NCBI GenBank assembly: GCA_013265495.1 | Contig: MU058451.1 | Location: 2,413,305-2,477,304, forward strand | Source of the DNA: Vicugna vicugna | Taxonomy: Eukaryota | Length of the DNA: 64,000 nt | Direction: 5' to 3' | Part shown: piece by piece, positions 24,725-37,829 of the stretch | Layout: each line of letters opens with the position of its first letter | Numbering within the stretch: position 1 is the first letter of the stretch | Notes under the pieces: model-generated | Seen by the model: only the letters and a program-made list of their open reading frames with translations | What the model was told of the DNA's origin: nothing | Database searches by the model: none | Made by a program: the position numbers and the translations under genes

Positions 24725-26720
24725 CGGCAATCCCCCTGCAGCCTACCCTTCCAGCACCGTTCTACTTTCTGTCTTTACGAAGACAGGTGCCTCATATAAG
24801 TGGAATCATACAGTATTTGTCTGTTTGTGACTGGTTTATCTCACTTAGCAAAATGTCCTCAAGGTTTATCCATGCTATAGCATATCAGAATTTCCTTCTT
24901 TTTTCTGATCATATCCCATTATATGTGTATACCACATTTTGTTTATCAGTTCATCTATTGATGGACACTTGGGTTGCTTCCACATTCTGGTTATTGTGAA
25001 TAATGCTGCCTGGATGTACAGATAACTCTTTAAGTCCCTGATTTGAATTCTTTTGGGTATATACCAGACGTGGAGCTGCTGGATCATGTATTTAATTTGT
25101 TTTTTTGCAGAACTGCTACACTGTTCTCCACAGCAGCTCCATCATTCATTTTTACATTCTCATCAACAGTGCACAAGGGTTCCAGTTTCTCCACATCCTT
25201 GTCAACACTTGTTATTTTCTTATTTCATCCTAATAACTATGAAGTAGTATCTTATTGTAGTTTTATTTGCATTTCCCTAATAATAAGTGCTATTGAGTAT
25301 CTTTTCATGTGCTTATTGGACATTTGTATACCTTCTTTGAAGAAAAATTTACTCAAGTCCTTGGTCTATTATTCAACTGGAGGGAAATGGGGCCAAATGC
25401 TACAGAGAGCAGTTGTAGCTATAAGAGCAGGTGAAGTTATTGTAAGTGCAGTGTGTGGAAGGGCTATTGTGTTTCTTTGGGTCCAGCCTTAGCCAACTGT
25501 TTTCTGCTCATGGAACTTGTTATAAAATTTCCTCCCTGAAGACCATCATTCCAACAGAAGAACAGCAATTTCTATCAGTAGTAACATCTTGGAATGCTTT
25601 TGTCTTTCAAAGAATTTGTTCATTTCATGTAAATTATTGAATTCATTGCCATAAAACTGTTCATAATATTCCTTTATTGTCTTTTTAATGCTGTAGAATC
25701 TGCAGTGAGGTTGCCTCTTATTCCTGATAGTGGAGATTTGTGTCTTTTCTCTTTTTGTCCTGACCTCTAGTCTGGCAGAAGTTTATCAGTTTTATTGATC
25801 TTCAAGAACCAGGTTTAACTTCATTGATTTTATTCTTTTTGCTCACTACTTCGCTGAGTTCTCTGATCTTTATTATGTCTTTTATTCTACTTACTTTGGA
25901 TTTATTTGCTTTTCTTCTTTTAATCTTTTGAGGTAGAAGCTGAGGCCACTGATCTGAGGCCCTTCTTTTCTAACATAGTCATTGAGTGCTCTAAGTGTCC
26001 CTATACCTACTGCTTTGGCTATGCTGACACATTTTTAACAAGTGGTACCTTCATTTTCATTCAATTCAAAATATGATCTAATCTCCCTTGTGATCTCTCC
26101 TTTGACCCACCCATTATTTTCTTATTTCTTTTTCTTTTTTTTTTTCAATCCCTTATTTAGAAGTGTGCTTTTTAGCTTCCAAATATTGGAGATTTTCCAT
26201 TTATTGCTTTATTATTAATTTTTAATTTAATCCTATTGTGGTAGAGAACATAGTTTGAATCACTTGAATCCCTGTAAATTTACTGAGGCGTGTGTTATGG
26301 CCCAGAATGTGGTCTGTAGAGGTGAATGTACTGTGCATACTTGAAAATAATGTGTACAGTGTTCAGCGGAGTGTTCTATAAATGTCAGTTGAGTCAAGTT
26401 CGTTGATAGTGTTCAAGTTTTCTATTTATCCTTCCTGGTTTTCTGTCTACTTGTTCTCTGAGTTATTGAGCAAGGGATGCTGAAATCTCTGATTGTAATT
26501 GTAGATTTGTCTCTTTCTCCCTGCAGATCTATCAGTTTTCATTTCCCATAGTTTGAAGCTCTGTTAATAAGTGCATAAACGTTTAGGATTGTGTCCTCTT
26601 GATGAACTGGTCTGTTTATCACCATGAAATGATCATCTCCATCTTTGGTAATAGTCTTTGTTCTACAATCTACTCTGTCTCATATTAATATAGCCATTTC
26701 AACTTTCTTTTGATCTTCTT
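24725..26720 (-). mobile_element. Old L1 (L1M) ORF2/3' UTR pieces, interrupted at ~25375-25580
   Basis: Minus ORF 24875-25087 encodes [28 protein letters not shown]-rich antisense ORF2 sequence continues to ~26720. Confidence 0.85.
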
Positions 26721-26849
26721 TGAATATCTTGGAGTACAAAGAACAGATGGCCATGTATATAGAACAATCATCACTATAAAATATCTGACGAAAGTCATAA
26801 CATTAATGCAGTAACAGGTTCTGTGTGGTTGAAAAGATGACATCTGGAG

Positions 26850-27031
26850 CAGGACAGTGTAACTCCCCAGACTGGCAGTATCAGCATCACTTGGGGACTT
26901 GACGGAAGTGCAAATTCTCAGGCTCCACTCCAGATCTACTGAATCTGGATTTCTGGAATGGGATCCAGAAATCTGTGTTCCAGCAAGTGCACCTGGGAAT
27001 TTCAAGGCATGCTGAAGTTTGAGTGTTACTG
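26850..27031. mobile_element. hAT-Charlie MITE (MER5A/B-like)
   Basis: cagcatcacttggggactt...gcaaattctcaggctccactccagatctactgaatc...gctgaagtttgag. Flanked by tctggag / tctagag target-like sites. Confidence 0.85.
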
Positions 27032-28184
27032 TCTAGAGTCAGTCCCTTTAACTTCTGATTCTACAGTAAGTATTTGGATAAAAATAAGCCAGAAAAATAC
27101 TTTCTTTGGGGGGAGGGGTGAACTAAAAAACATTTCTCTAGCTAGAAGTGTACGTCTGCAACCCTACACTTATATAATGTTGCCCCAACCAAAGGCTTAT
27201 TTTTGAATGATTTAGTTATATAATACTACTCCTGATTAAAGTGTAGTAACAGAATACATAACTGTATGAAGAATTAAAACATGTTTTTAAATAGAATCAT
27301 ATTTCAGGAACAGGGGGAAACATTCATGGCTTTGAGTTTTTAGCTGTGATCTTTTAAAGGTAGGAAATGCTGCTTGTGGGAAACATTATAATGAATTCTC
27401 ACTGCATGTGACTACTGAGTTTTAGGGATGAATCAAAGTCAGGGATGACTCAAAAGTCCCCTCCTCTGGAAACCACTCTGTAGGGCAGAAATTTTGTTTT
27501 CCTTTAGGTCAGTACAGCAGGTGGGCCACTTTCTGAGTGAAGTTTCCGCACTGCGCGGTTCGTTTGTGTATATGTGGCCTTTTGAGTGCTAGCCCACACA
27601 GGCAGGGTTCTTCTTCCTTTTATTTAAATGTACGTTATGCCTGGGAACTACTTTTGGATGCTAGTGGACATCATTTTTAAATCTCCTCTCGGGTGTGGGG
27701 CTGCACCCAGGTCTTTATATGGATGATCTTCCCTAAGCCCCGCATAACCCGGCCAGGCAGGTACTGCCCCCCTCACTACACACAGGTGGAGCGGCTGACG
27801 TGTGGTCACGCTGCCCGGGAGGCTGCAGACGAGCTAGCAGACTACTCCCTGAACCCAAATGCAAGAGAATTCCTACTGGGGCCAGCATAGCTACTAGCTA
27901 CCACTTCAAAACATCAAGAACAGAGAAAAGAAAAAGACTCATGATCTAAAAAAAGCTCTTTTCTTTTTAGTTCAAAAATTTAATAGACATTTGAATGGTA
28001 AACAGTTTGGTTTATTTCAGCATAGATGACTTATTTCTAGGTATGAAAGGAATCCAAAGGAAAGGGAAGAAAGTCCTGGCCTTGGCACTTTATAAACTGA
28101 CTGCATGCAAACACACACCCTCACACAAACACCCTAAGCCAAAAAAGTTCTTTTGAAGAAGTCATTTCACTATATCACCTTTCA

Positions 28185-28324
28185 AGGTGAGGATATAGCT
28201 TAGTGGTAGGGTATGTGCTTAACATGCGTGAGGTCCTGGGTTCAATCCCCAGTACCTCCATTAAAATAAGTAAATAAATTTAATTACCCCTCCCCCCCCA
28301 AAAGAAAGATTACTGAAAATAAAA
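28185..28324 (+). mobile_element. tRNA-Ala-derived SINE (Vic-1 type)
   Basis: A and B boxes, tail with a C-run, and an exact 14-bp TSD tatatcacctttca (28171-28184, 28325-28338). Confidence 0.9.
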
Positions 28325-30959
28325 TATATCACCTTTCATTTAATATGGTGTGGACTACATATTTATATTAAGTGTATTAAGTTTTATTTTTAACAGAAGT
28401 CTTTTATTTGGGTTATAAGCCATATTTACTACTTAATTTTTTTTTTTTTACAGTCAGAAAGGTCAAGACTCATTCTTTGTGATACAGAAATTTTATCATG
28501 TGGCAATAATTGAGGACTGCAATCTTTTTATGTATAGATTGTTAACAGATCTGAACCACTCACTAAATAAAACTTAAGAACTTCATTTGCAGGATCACAT
28601 GAGGGATTAGGTTCGGATTAAAGGACTGATACTATTTAGTGAGCAGGGATGGCTTCCTTGGTGGTTTTCTCTACAAAGAATGGTAAACAGAGCTTCCATA
28701 CCGCTTCGAATTTCCTTGTATCAGAACCAAAAATAATATTTAATATTTGCTTTGTACCTTACACAAGAAATTTCTTTTAAAGGCCCATCCACAGAGTAGT
28801 CAGTGATCAGCTAAAGAATCCGAAAGCCTAAAACAGGAAGCAACACTGGAGGACAAAGCAGTCAGTCTTTGCTCTTTGGTCGCTATTTCTAGTAGCATAA
28901 AAATGGAGTTTTCAATACGCTGACGAAAGATGAAAAAGAATCACTTGGCTTGAAGGAATTTTAACAACATAACATTAAGGGGAGAGGAGGCTGTAAAATA
29001 AAACCAAAAAGCATGTCCACAAGAACTTGAAATCAGGAGGGAAAAAAAAAACCCAAAAAAACCAACCCTCACAAGTTGTCTAGACAATCATGAACAATCA
29101 TTGACTCGGTTTGTTATAATTTCAAATTAACTCCTCTTAAACTATGATTTATGTGGGGCCACTCACACAGCTCTTATCTATGATTTCAAAGGTGATCAGT
29201 TCAAAGTTTAATGAATTTTCTTGATATTGAATTTTTAAACCTTTGAAATCTTATATTTCAGTAATGTACTATTAACTTAACATTTAAGCAAAGCTGCATG
29301 ATCTAGAGAAAATTCAATCTCTTCTGATGATTAAATTTCAGTAATTGAACATAAAAACATTTGAAACAAGAAAGGCTGTATAAATGAGCTGTCAGCATAT
29401 ATTACAACACGACAGTGTTGCTTAGGTAAGAAAATGCTCCTTGAAGAGTTGGCACAATGATCAGCCAATTGGAAAAACAGAGGAAGTGAGCTATCACTGA
29501 AATAATGAGGAGGAATTCCATTAAGGCTCCAGGCCAGGTATGTGAAGGAGGTGTGATTGATACGCGGGACTTGGAGATTAACCGTGTGGGACATTCTAAG
29601 GCCGGGCCTACATGCATCTAACATAACCCTGTATTTGGTGTCAGAGTTTGACTGAAGTGGTGTTTACAGAGCCACTGCTCTTACTAACCCTTTTCTTTTA
29701 AATGCTCAAGATTTTATTTCAGCCGTGGCGTCAGCAAGGGAGCATTTTCATGAGGAAAAGAAAAATCTAGGCATGCCCAGAGTTAGTCTCATATTAAGAT
29801 GTGATTAGTGTTCGCTTTCAGTGTCCACAACAATTTGAAATGCTACATTTCATATAAAGACAGGGATGACAGTGACCATGAGCTCATCAAGTCCCCATGT
29901 CCCTATCAGAAGGTCCCTTTGGATACTGCCAACAAATGGTAAGATTTTAGAAGCCAGCAAATGACATGATATAAAAACTATTTTAAAAATTTGATATTTA
30001 CGAGGATGGGAGTATGGAAGAAGTCATTGTTTTGAAGCTGCTTCTAGAATTGCTACAGAGCATTGGAATTTAGTTCAAGTTAACAGAACATCTCGGACAT
30101 GTTAAAACACAAAGGTTAGTTCTGAATATATATTTCTAGTGCAAATGATTCTATAATGGAATAGAAGTCAGCCGGATGGATTTGAATATTCTCAGTCTTT
30201 TAAAACATTCTAGAATAGAAGAAAAGCATGGGAAATCTCCCACAGTACGAACCTTGTTAACGGCTGGCTTTTTATTACATGAATTCTGGTGCTGGGAGAG
30301 TTAAATAATGATTTATCAAACCCACCTATTGCTTACACTAAAAGTGTGTATAATATCTCAGGTTGTAAGGGGGATGCTAGTCCTGTTTATCAACATCCAG
30401 CTTATAGAGAAAAGGTCCTGCTTTCCTGTTTATGGCTCCTGCTTACTGAGATGAAATGAGCAACCTGTGATTCCCAGTTCTGCTATGCACTGCGCGCCTT
30501 TGATCAGGCAGTCAGCTCTCTCCGGCAAGCAGAAACTCAGAACCTGAGCGCACCAGAGATTCAAGCTCCCGACAATGTTTTCTCCAACTGGCCCTGACGG
30601 AAGTAAACGAAATAACCTTAAGGCATTTACTTTTTCCATGTCTTATTAATTGTTTGGTGATTTCACATCCTCCTTCTTCCAAGACCATGTTCGGAGCAAC
30701 ACATTCTAATCCACAAGCAAAAAGGAGCAGGATGACGGCCAGCACTGCCACCACAGACCCTGGGACAAAACTCACGATGCCGTCCCCTACCCTAGCAGCT
30801 GGTATCACAGGTGGTTTTTTCAATGTTGCTTTGTTTTGCTTATTCTTTTAGACAACCACATCCCCACATTTTTTACATAACAGTTTGTCCTAAAGCTTTC
30901 GATCAGTTTAGTATAATCTGTACCCATTGACTAGCCACTCCACACCATTTTGTGTACTT

Positions 30960-31290
30960 AGGAGCCGACCCTCAGCCCTGGAGGAGTTTACGAGCCAGGG
31001 ACAAGTGGTTCCAGGAGAGAAGTGAAAAGTGCATGGAGGTAAAGGAAGGGAGGGGTCTGAATCAGCCTAGGGAATGAAGAGGCATGTTTCTGGATAAAGG
31101 TGACCTCTGCAGTGGGATTTCAAGAACTGATATAACTAGGAAAGAAGAAGATAGGGAGAAGGTTGTCTGAAATGAGGAAAAAGCAAGAACAAAATAACAG
31201 CCAGGAAAGACTAAGGAAAATTAGGTGGTTTGGCCAAAGCCAAAGAGTGTGTGTGGGATAGTGGGAGAAGAGGCTGACAAGGAGGTTTGG
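30960..31290 (-). mobile_element. Degraded L2 fragment
   Basis: cagccctggaggagtttac...aggcatgtttctggataaaggtgacctctgcagtgggatttcaaga. Confidence 0.45.
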
Positions 31291-34100
31291 GGTGCACCAA
31301 TTAGGGTCTTGGATTCTTCTGATAGGAGTCCAAACGGGAAAAAAAAAAAATGGAGGCCAGGCCTCTCTCCACAGACAACCAACCTGAGACTGCATCAGCT
31401 AAGTGCATAATACATTGTCTTTTCTCTTACTGATCCTGTGAGCTCAATGACAATAGGAATCTTATGTTCTGGTTACTGAATCTCCAGGGATTATTAGCAA
31501 ACACTCAGATTTTTGTTGAATAAATAAGTAAACGAACAAGTAATTAAATCGATTAATTAAAGGTAAATATGAAAATTGTAATTTTACTATTAGTGTATCT
31601 CTTTATGCAAATACTCTCCTGTGTGATTTATTTCAAGCAAATGAACATTTGAATAAATCAATGGAGTTTTCTTTTCTCCACATTACTTCTTTTCTAGGTT
31701 ACTCAAAAGATCATACAGATTCATAAGAAAAATTAACAAATTTTATCTGCAAGGAGTTGATGTCATAAACTCGTACTAGAGTCTTGCAGATTATTAACTA
31801 GCTACTTGTATAAAAAGCAAAACAAATATTTTACCAAACATGACATCTAATCACAAAAAACTTTTTCTATCAGTTTTTTTTTCTGAAAAATATCTATTCT
31901 TCATATCAGCTTTTAAAAGGGTTGTTTCAAGTTAGAAATACAAGAAAATCTCTTTTTATGGTCACAGCAAACCATACCTAATATTCCAGAATCTTCCTTC
32001 TTCATTGGCCACTGAATGCTTAAAATTGGTGAGGGTGACAAGTGTCACAAACTCTTTTCCTCCTACCTGTGGCATCATTCAAGCAAAAAAGTATTTTAAT
32101 GGAGTCACGGCTTAAAAACTCTCGCCCATCAAGCTGCCAGTGCTAACCGTAGGGCAGGTAGAAGAATGACGCAAAAAACTCCTTTTGAAAAGGATTCTCC
32201 AGAAATTATTTCTGGGAGGGACCTTGGGACTCAGTGCCTGTTACTGACTCGGGTTGGTGGTAAGAGTGGAGGTTGACTGTCTTGACTGGTATGGAAAAGA
32301 AGGAACCTGGTGCTTCCTCCCCAAACTGAAAACCTCTGATTGTCATTGGAAATGAATACAGAGGTGAAGAGATGACTTGTGAATTTTCTGTAATAATAGA
32401 GGAGGTTCCCGAACACAGCCTTGATTATGGTGAAGAATGTTCTTTTCTCTCCTTTCACATAAACACACAGGAGAACCCTTCTATTTGATAAAGAGGGTGA
32501 GAGGAGACCTGATCTGTTTGTTTATTGATGTCCAGCTCTTGCCCGCTCTGCTGCACTCTGCAACTTTGGAAAAAACCACTTTTCTTGCCAACTATCCACA
32601 TAAGGCATCTTGCCACATCTTAAGAGCTTTCAATTTATCTGTACATTGTATTATCAATATTGAACAGCAGTTAAAATAATCCCAGACCAAATCAGCTTGA
32701 CTCAGATTAACAACTGAAACTGCAAAAGAAAACCAGCATTTGGGATCCAAGAGAGGATCTTAACTTCACTTAAAAATCAGAATATAAATTTTCATTAGGT
32801 ACAATCGATACAGAACATAGAAATTAATTCATGTTTTATAATGAATCATAATTTATATTAACTGATTGTGATGAAATATTTGGGAGAATCAGTGACTCTG
32901 AAATATAAATTTTCTTATCTAATTTGAGGGAAAAATCAATTTACTATAAACAAAAAACATTTGTGTGATTCAAATATTTAATCCAAGCAAAAGAGTTTCA
33001 GTTTTGTGGCACAAAGTTTGTACTCAATAAAATGGAACATATGAGTGAAGGCATGAAAGTTTTACATAAGCATTTTTTTGTCCTTTCAAAGAAAAACAGG
33101 GTAATATAAGTGTACTCTCATACAGAGTACAAACTTTTAAATTACTTTTATTGATAAGCATAATTTAAAACTCCAAATAAAATGACAGGACTAAAATCAG
33201 AAAACAACAAAACCACAAAATAACTAAAATCATAAAAAATATATTTTTTATATTTTTACAGTGCTTTTGACATCATGTTTGCATCTAGTTGTGAATGTCC
33301 AAAGGTAAAAAATATGTTCACATTTCCTATTTAGAAGACCAAATTCATCATAAGATAGATTTTGATTACGAAGAACCCGGCATTTATGTCTCTGCTAGTC
33401 CAAGGAAATAAAGCTGTAATAAAGGAAATAAAGTGGTAATAAATTGCTCCAAAGCAAAGGTAAAATGACCACCCAATTAAGCCATAACTCTAAAAATCAC
33501 CTTGAGGTTAAATTGGGAAGAAATATGAGGAAAAGGGCAATTAAAGATCAGTCTTTTAAATCTGAAGTCTGCTCATTGACAATGAAAGATTCAGTTACTT
33601 AAACTGTTTTTTGCCTTTCATTTATGAGTTGCTTTTTGACAATATTTCATCTCTCAACAGAGGACATAAGGAATGCTCTTAAAAAAGAAAAAAGCTATAC
33701 CAGGCTATCAAAATCTTTGCTAAGAAAAATAAACGAATCAAGATTGATCTCCTGGGTTTCTCAGAAGTTCACCAATTCCAAATGTTCACATAAGTTTCAA
33801 AAGGGAGGAAAACAATGAAGCTTCTCTGTAACACAGTGCTTAATAACTCACGGGTTGCGGGTGTGGGGGTTAATAACAGTGGCATTTTGTAAAATGCATT
33901 TAACTATAATTGAAATAAGTATGCATTTATTTTCTTTTCTGAAAAATCCAAGTTTTTATTCCCCAGTACTGAGAAGTATGGGTCAATTTTGTCTACCAAT
34001 TCTTGAGGGATTTTCTAGAATAGTGTTTAAGAAAAGATTGAATGTGCTCTCAGCAATACTTTGGCAGAGAGGATTGCGTTTTCAAATCTAAAAAAAACTA

Positions 34101-34205
34101 GGGGGTGGGTAATAGCTCAGTGTTGGAGTGCATGCTTAGCATACATGAGGTCCTGGGTTCCATCCCCAGTACTCCATTAAAAACAAAAGAGAGAGAGAAC
34201 AAAAA
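34101..34205 (+). mobile_element. tRNA-Ala-derived SINE (Vic-1 type)
   Basis: gggggtgggtaatagctcagtgttggagtgcatgcttagcatacatgaggtcctgggttccatccccagtac plus an A-rich tail. Confidence 0.85.
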
Positions 34206-36874
34206 TGACAAATTAAAAAAAATAACAGCAACGTAACTATTAAATATGTCCACAAAGCAAATGCAAGGGAGACTTCCTCTACATTTAAGTGCACTGGCAA
34301 GTTACCTCTTTTTCAAGAGGTCTTGGATATTCGTGAAGGATAGAGCAAGTGAAAAAGACAAAAAATATTAATCACATTACTGAAAAAGGACTGGTTACTT
34401 TCTCCTGTTTTAAAAGTCTCTTCCTGCTTCTTTTAACGTCCACCAAAAAGACACAGTTTTCTATAAATGTCACACAAATGGAATGGAGAAATAGTTAAGT
34501 ACAACCAAAGGAGGACTTAATCTATTGTATCGTCGTCTGTCAGCTAATCTCCCCTGGTTTAACAATCTGAGTTTAACTACTGCATGATGAATGAGACAGG
34601 GTGCAAATGACCTGAGTGTTTCAGCCCATAAAACAGGCTTAGGGAAATAAAACTTGCAAATTTGATCACCAGCCTTAGATTGGCCATCATTGGCAATATA
34701 GTTAAGGTTTCAACAGAGACTAATAGTTTTAAAGAAATTGTCTTAGTGTAATATTAGATAATGAAATGCCAATAATTTACATTTAAAGTACCATTTACCT
34801 TACAGCAGCCTACTATCTGCAAGATTTACCATTACATAACTGAAAATCAGATAGCTCCGAATGGAGAAGCGGCGAGCTAAATGTCAGAGGACCCACTGAG
34901 GCTGAGAGTTTTCTAGACTTGGTTATACAGAAAGTTTCTCGGGAGCATTAACATGTAGTCACATTAAGCAAAAAAGACTTCAGTTGTTAACAGCAGTAGG
35001 TCTATTGTTCAAGAAGAAATATATTTCAGTAGATTCATTATGAAAGAAAGGGGGGGAAAATCCTTTTTGGCATGCTGCATATAAAATCTTCTCAAAAAGA
35101 CATCTGCAGTTTCAAAAAAAAAATTCCACCTACTTTTACTACTACAACCCTTGTTAATTTTCTACAGTTCTCTGCTCTGACTTAAAAGTCATTTCCTTAA
35201 GAAAACAGTTGACAGACAACTTGAGTGACTGATTATATTGTGCCATCACTTTGTTTTTCTCTGAGGCCTTGGTTTAAGAGGATGGATGTTAGTGTAAATG
35301 ACAGAAAGGGGAGCTTCGCATAAGATTTCACTTCTGTTCAAAGACAGGCTAATGTAACCTCACTGTGGTGCAATCAACTTGACAAATGGACACCGTGCAA
35401 CCCTCTGCCTCCCACTGAAACCCGAGAGCCTGATTTACACAATGTTCTCCGTGCAGACGGGAAAAGACTTCATGCTGCTAGGCTGTATAATGGGTTGATC
35501 TGATAATTCCTCGCATGTCATGAAATTTGATAATATGGAGGTGAAATGCATCTCAAAGAATGAAGCCAGTTAATGAACTTATAAAACTACACTGAAGTCT
35601 TTTAAAACCTGCATAAACAGAAAAAGGGACTTAGCTCAAACCATACTGAGAAAACGTAGCAGTTCTCACGCCTAACCCTGCAATCCATTAAAGATATATG
35701 GCTTTTGCTTACAACGAAGAAAAGAGTCTAGCTCCGAGAAGTACAGCTCTATTTACAGCTCTATTTAAACAGTTCAATATAGTCTGTAGACCTTGGTGTG
35801 CCTTATCTTCACCATCAGATTTTGCGAGCCCTCACTTGTCTACCTCAAGAATTTTGCATTACTTTATCCTGTTAAACTATGTCCCTGGCGGCTTACTATT
35901 TGTTCCTTTTAAAGTGGGAGCTTTCTGAAAGAATTTATAAATACTACCATATTTTACTACCATACTTTGCAATGATATTACTATAATTTGCAAAATTAAC
36001 AAACTGTTCATCTGGAGATTTAAACATATCCTAAAGCAGCTATGGACGCACCAAAAAAAAAAAATCACAAAAATCAGGGCTTCATATGAAATATAAACTT
36101 CTGCTTTGAAGTCACAGTATAAATTCTTACTTATTCAAAGTCGGAATGTTAAGCTAAATCATTTAAAAAAGAAATACATCGTGTAGTATATTTTGCAGGC
36201 AAGGCTGATTTCAAAGCCTCTGTAGTAAAACTGTCTGTTGGTACGAATGCTTGCGAATAAATGCCATGAATGTAAACTGCAATCAGAAGCAGTTTTAACA
36301 CATGTAAATGTTGAATGAGGTAGAATTCTAGTCTTATGTTTACTTTGCTGTTGTCACAAATAAAAAAAGCACTTATGAAAACATTTCATGCTGAAGTGAA
36401 TGGATTTCAACAGCTGCTGATTTGGTGACATGGAGAACCCCGGTGGAGACATCCTGCTGAATTAACGTTTTGGAAATGTTAAAAAGAAACTTCAAACAGA
36501 CCTCGTTTAGCAGGCGGTCAAAGATTTGGCTCAGTGGGGATCATGTGAAGGCTAGCAGAGCAGTCACTCAGCCATGAATCAGACTTGTCAATAGTTGCCT
36601 ATTTTCTCAACAGGTGACTCAAAAAGGCACACAGTCTATTTCCCTTAACATTTCTGTGTGTGCTTGCCTGGAAAAAAATTATCCTAGACTCCTGCTCTGG
36701 TATTATTTAGGAAGGTACAGCATGTACAGTTGGGGGAGATGGTAGTATAAGGGTTTTAAATACATTTTAAAAATTTATACTTTTCTAACCAAAAAAAAAT
36801 TGCTAAGCTATATTTAAAGTCCACTGATTTTCAAAGAAACTTTTATTCTAAGTTAGAAGTATAGAAGCAATTCA

Positions 36875-37065
36875 AAGAATCATAGAACAGCAAGGAAACT
36901 TGCTGATAATAGAGATCAAACTGCCCATTGTACAGATGAGGAAACTGAGGCTTACAAAGATTTTAGTAGAGACAAGTAATCTGCCAAAGATCACGTATGT
37001 ATTTACTGATGTGTTAGGACTAGAACATCCATCTGCTGATTCCCCAGTTCAACCATCATTATACT
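36875..37065 (-). mobile_element. MIR SINE
   Basis: cccattgtacagatgaggaaactgaggc...gtaatctgccaaagatcac...ggactagaac. Confidence 0.8.
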
Positions 37066-37829
37066 CATCCTTAAGAAGTAATTCAGATTTAAGCTTCATT
37101 TAGCAATGTGAAAATACTTAAGGAAAGAAACTGTTAGGCTGGGCAAGATCTCATAGTTCAGTGTTTTTCTGATTTGGCATGTCTTGATTTTTTTTTTTTC
37201 TTTAAACTGGCCACAAAGAGACTTAATGGAAAATTCCTTCCCCATATCACCAAGAAATGGGGGTGGGGGTGGGATGAAAAGAGGTCCAGTATCAAGCTTT
37301 GTTTTCAGCTCTCAACATTTAAGAGTTTAGTACAAATATAGAGGACAAAAATAATAAAGCATTTCATTGTCACTGATTCAGATGGGCACTGTAAACTGTG
37401 CGATACAAGCTACTATTATGTCAGAAAATTACCAGGTATCCATTAAATAAGCCCAGACCATTTTCTATTGTTCAAGGATTTTTCGGTTGTTTTTGAAAGC
37501 CTCCGTACAGAGTTCAGTGAAAGTTCTCAGAGGTGACTCCACAGTCATAGCGATGCTCACTGGCTTAGTCAACCTCACTACTGCTCCCATCAACACACAG
37601 TCATTACCAGCAAACGCTAAAATAGAACCTGAGTAAACCACCTCACATCGGCAAGATGTGCCCTGTGGGAAAATACTTTCCACTTAATTCAGAGACAAAA
37701 ATTAGGAAGAATCATGAGTACACGACAATCCCATAAACCCACATACAACCATATACACAAGCCTCACAGGTCCCAAGCTCACTAATTCTTGTTATTAACA
37801 TTTACCTTTTAGAAGTTTAACTCCTCACA

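Noticed and set aside
29640..29680. miR-30-like TGTAAACA on the minus strand
   Set aside because: Only the seed matches; no mature miRNA match or precursor hairpin.
30512..30823. 103-aa ORF with a hydrophobic stretch (possible membrane microprotein)
   Set aside because: Non-ATG start, no minus-strand acceptor, and no recognisable family.
34584..34615. C/D box snoRNA (ATGATGA...CTGA), also near 1107
   Set aside because: Boxes are only ~20-30 nt apart, too short, and there is no terminal stem.
37465..37683. Minus-strand exon-like ORF after ttttcccacag
   Set aside because: Short pyrimidine tract, no donor, unrecognised peptide.
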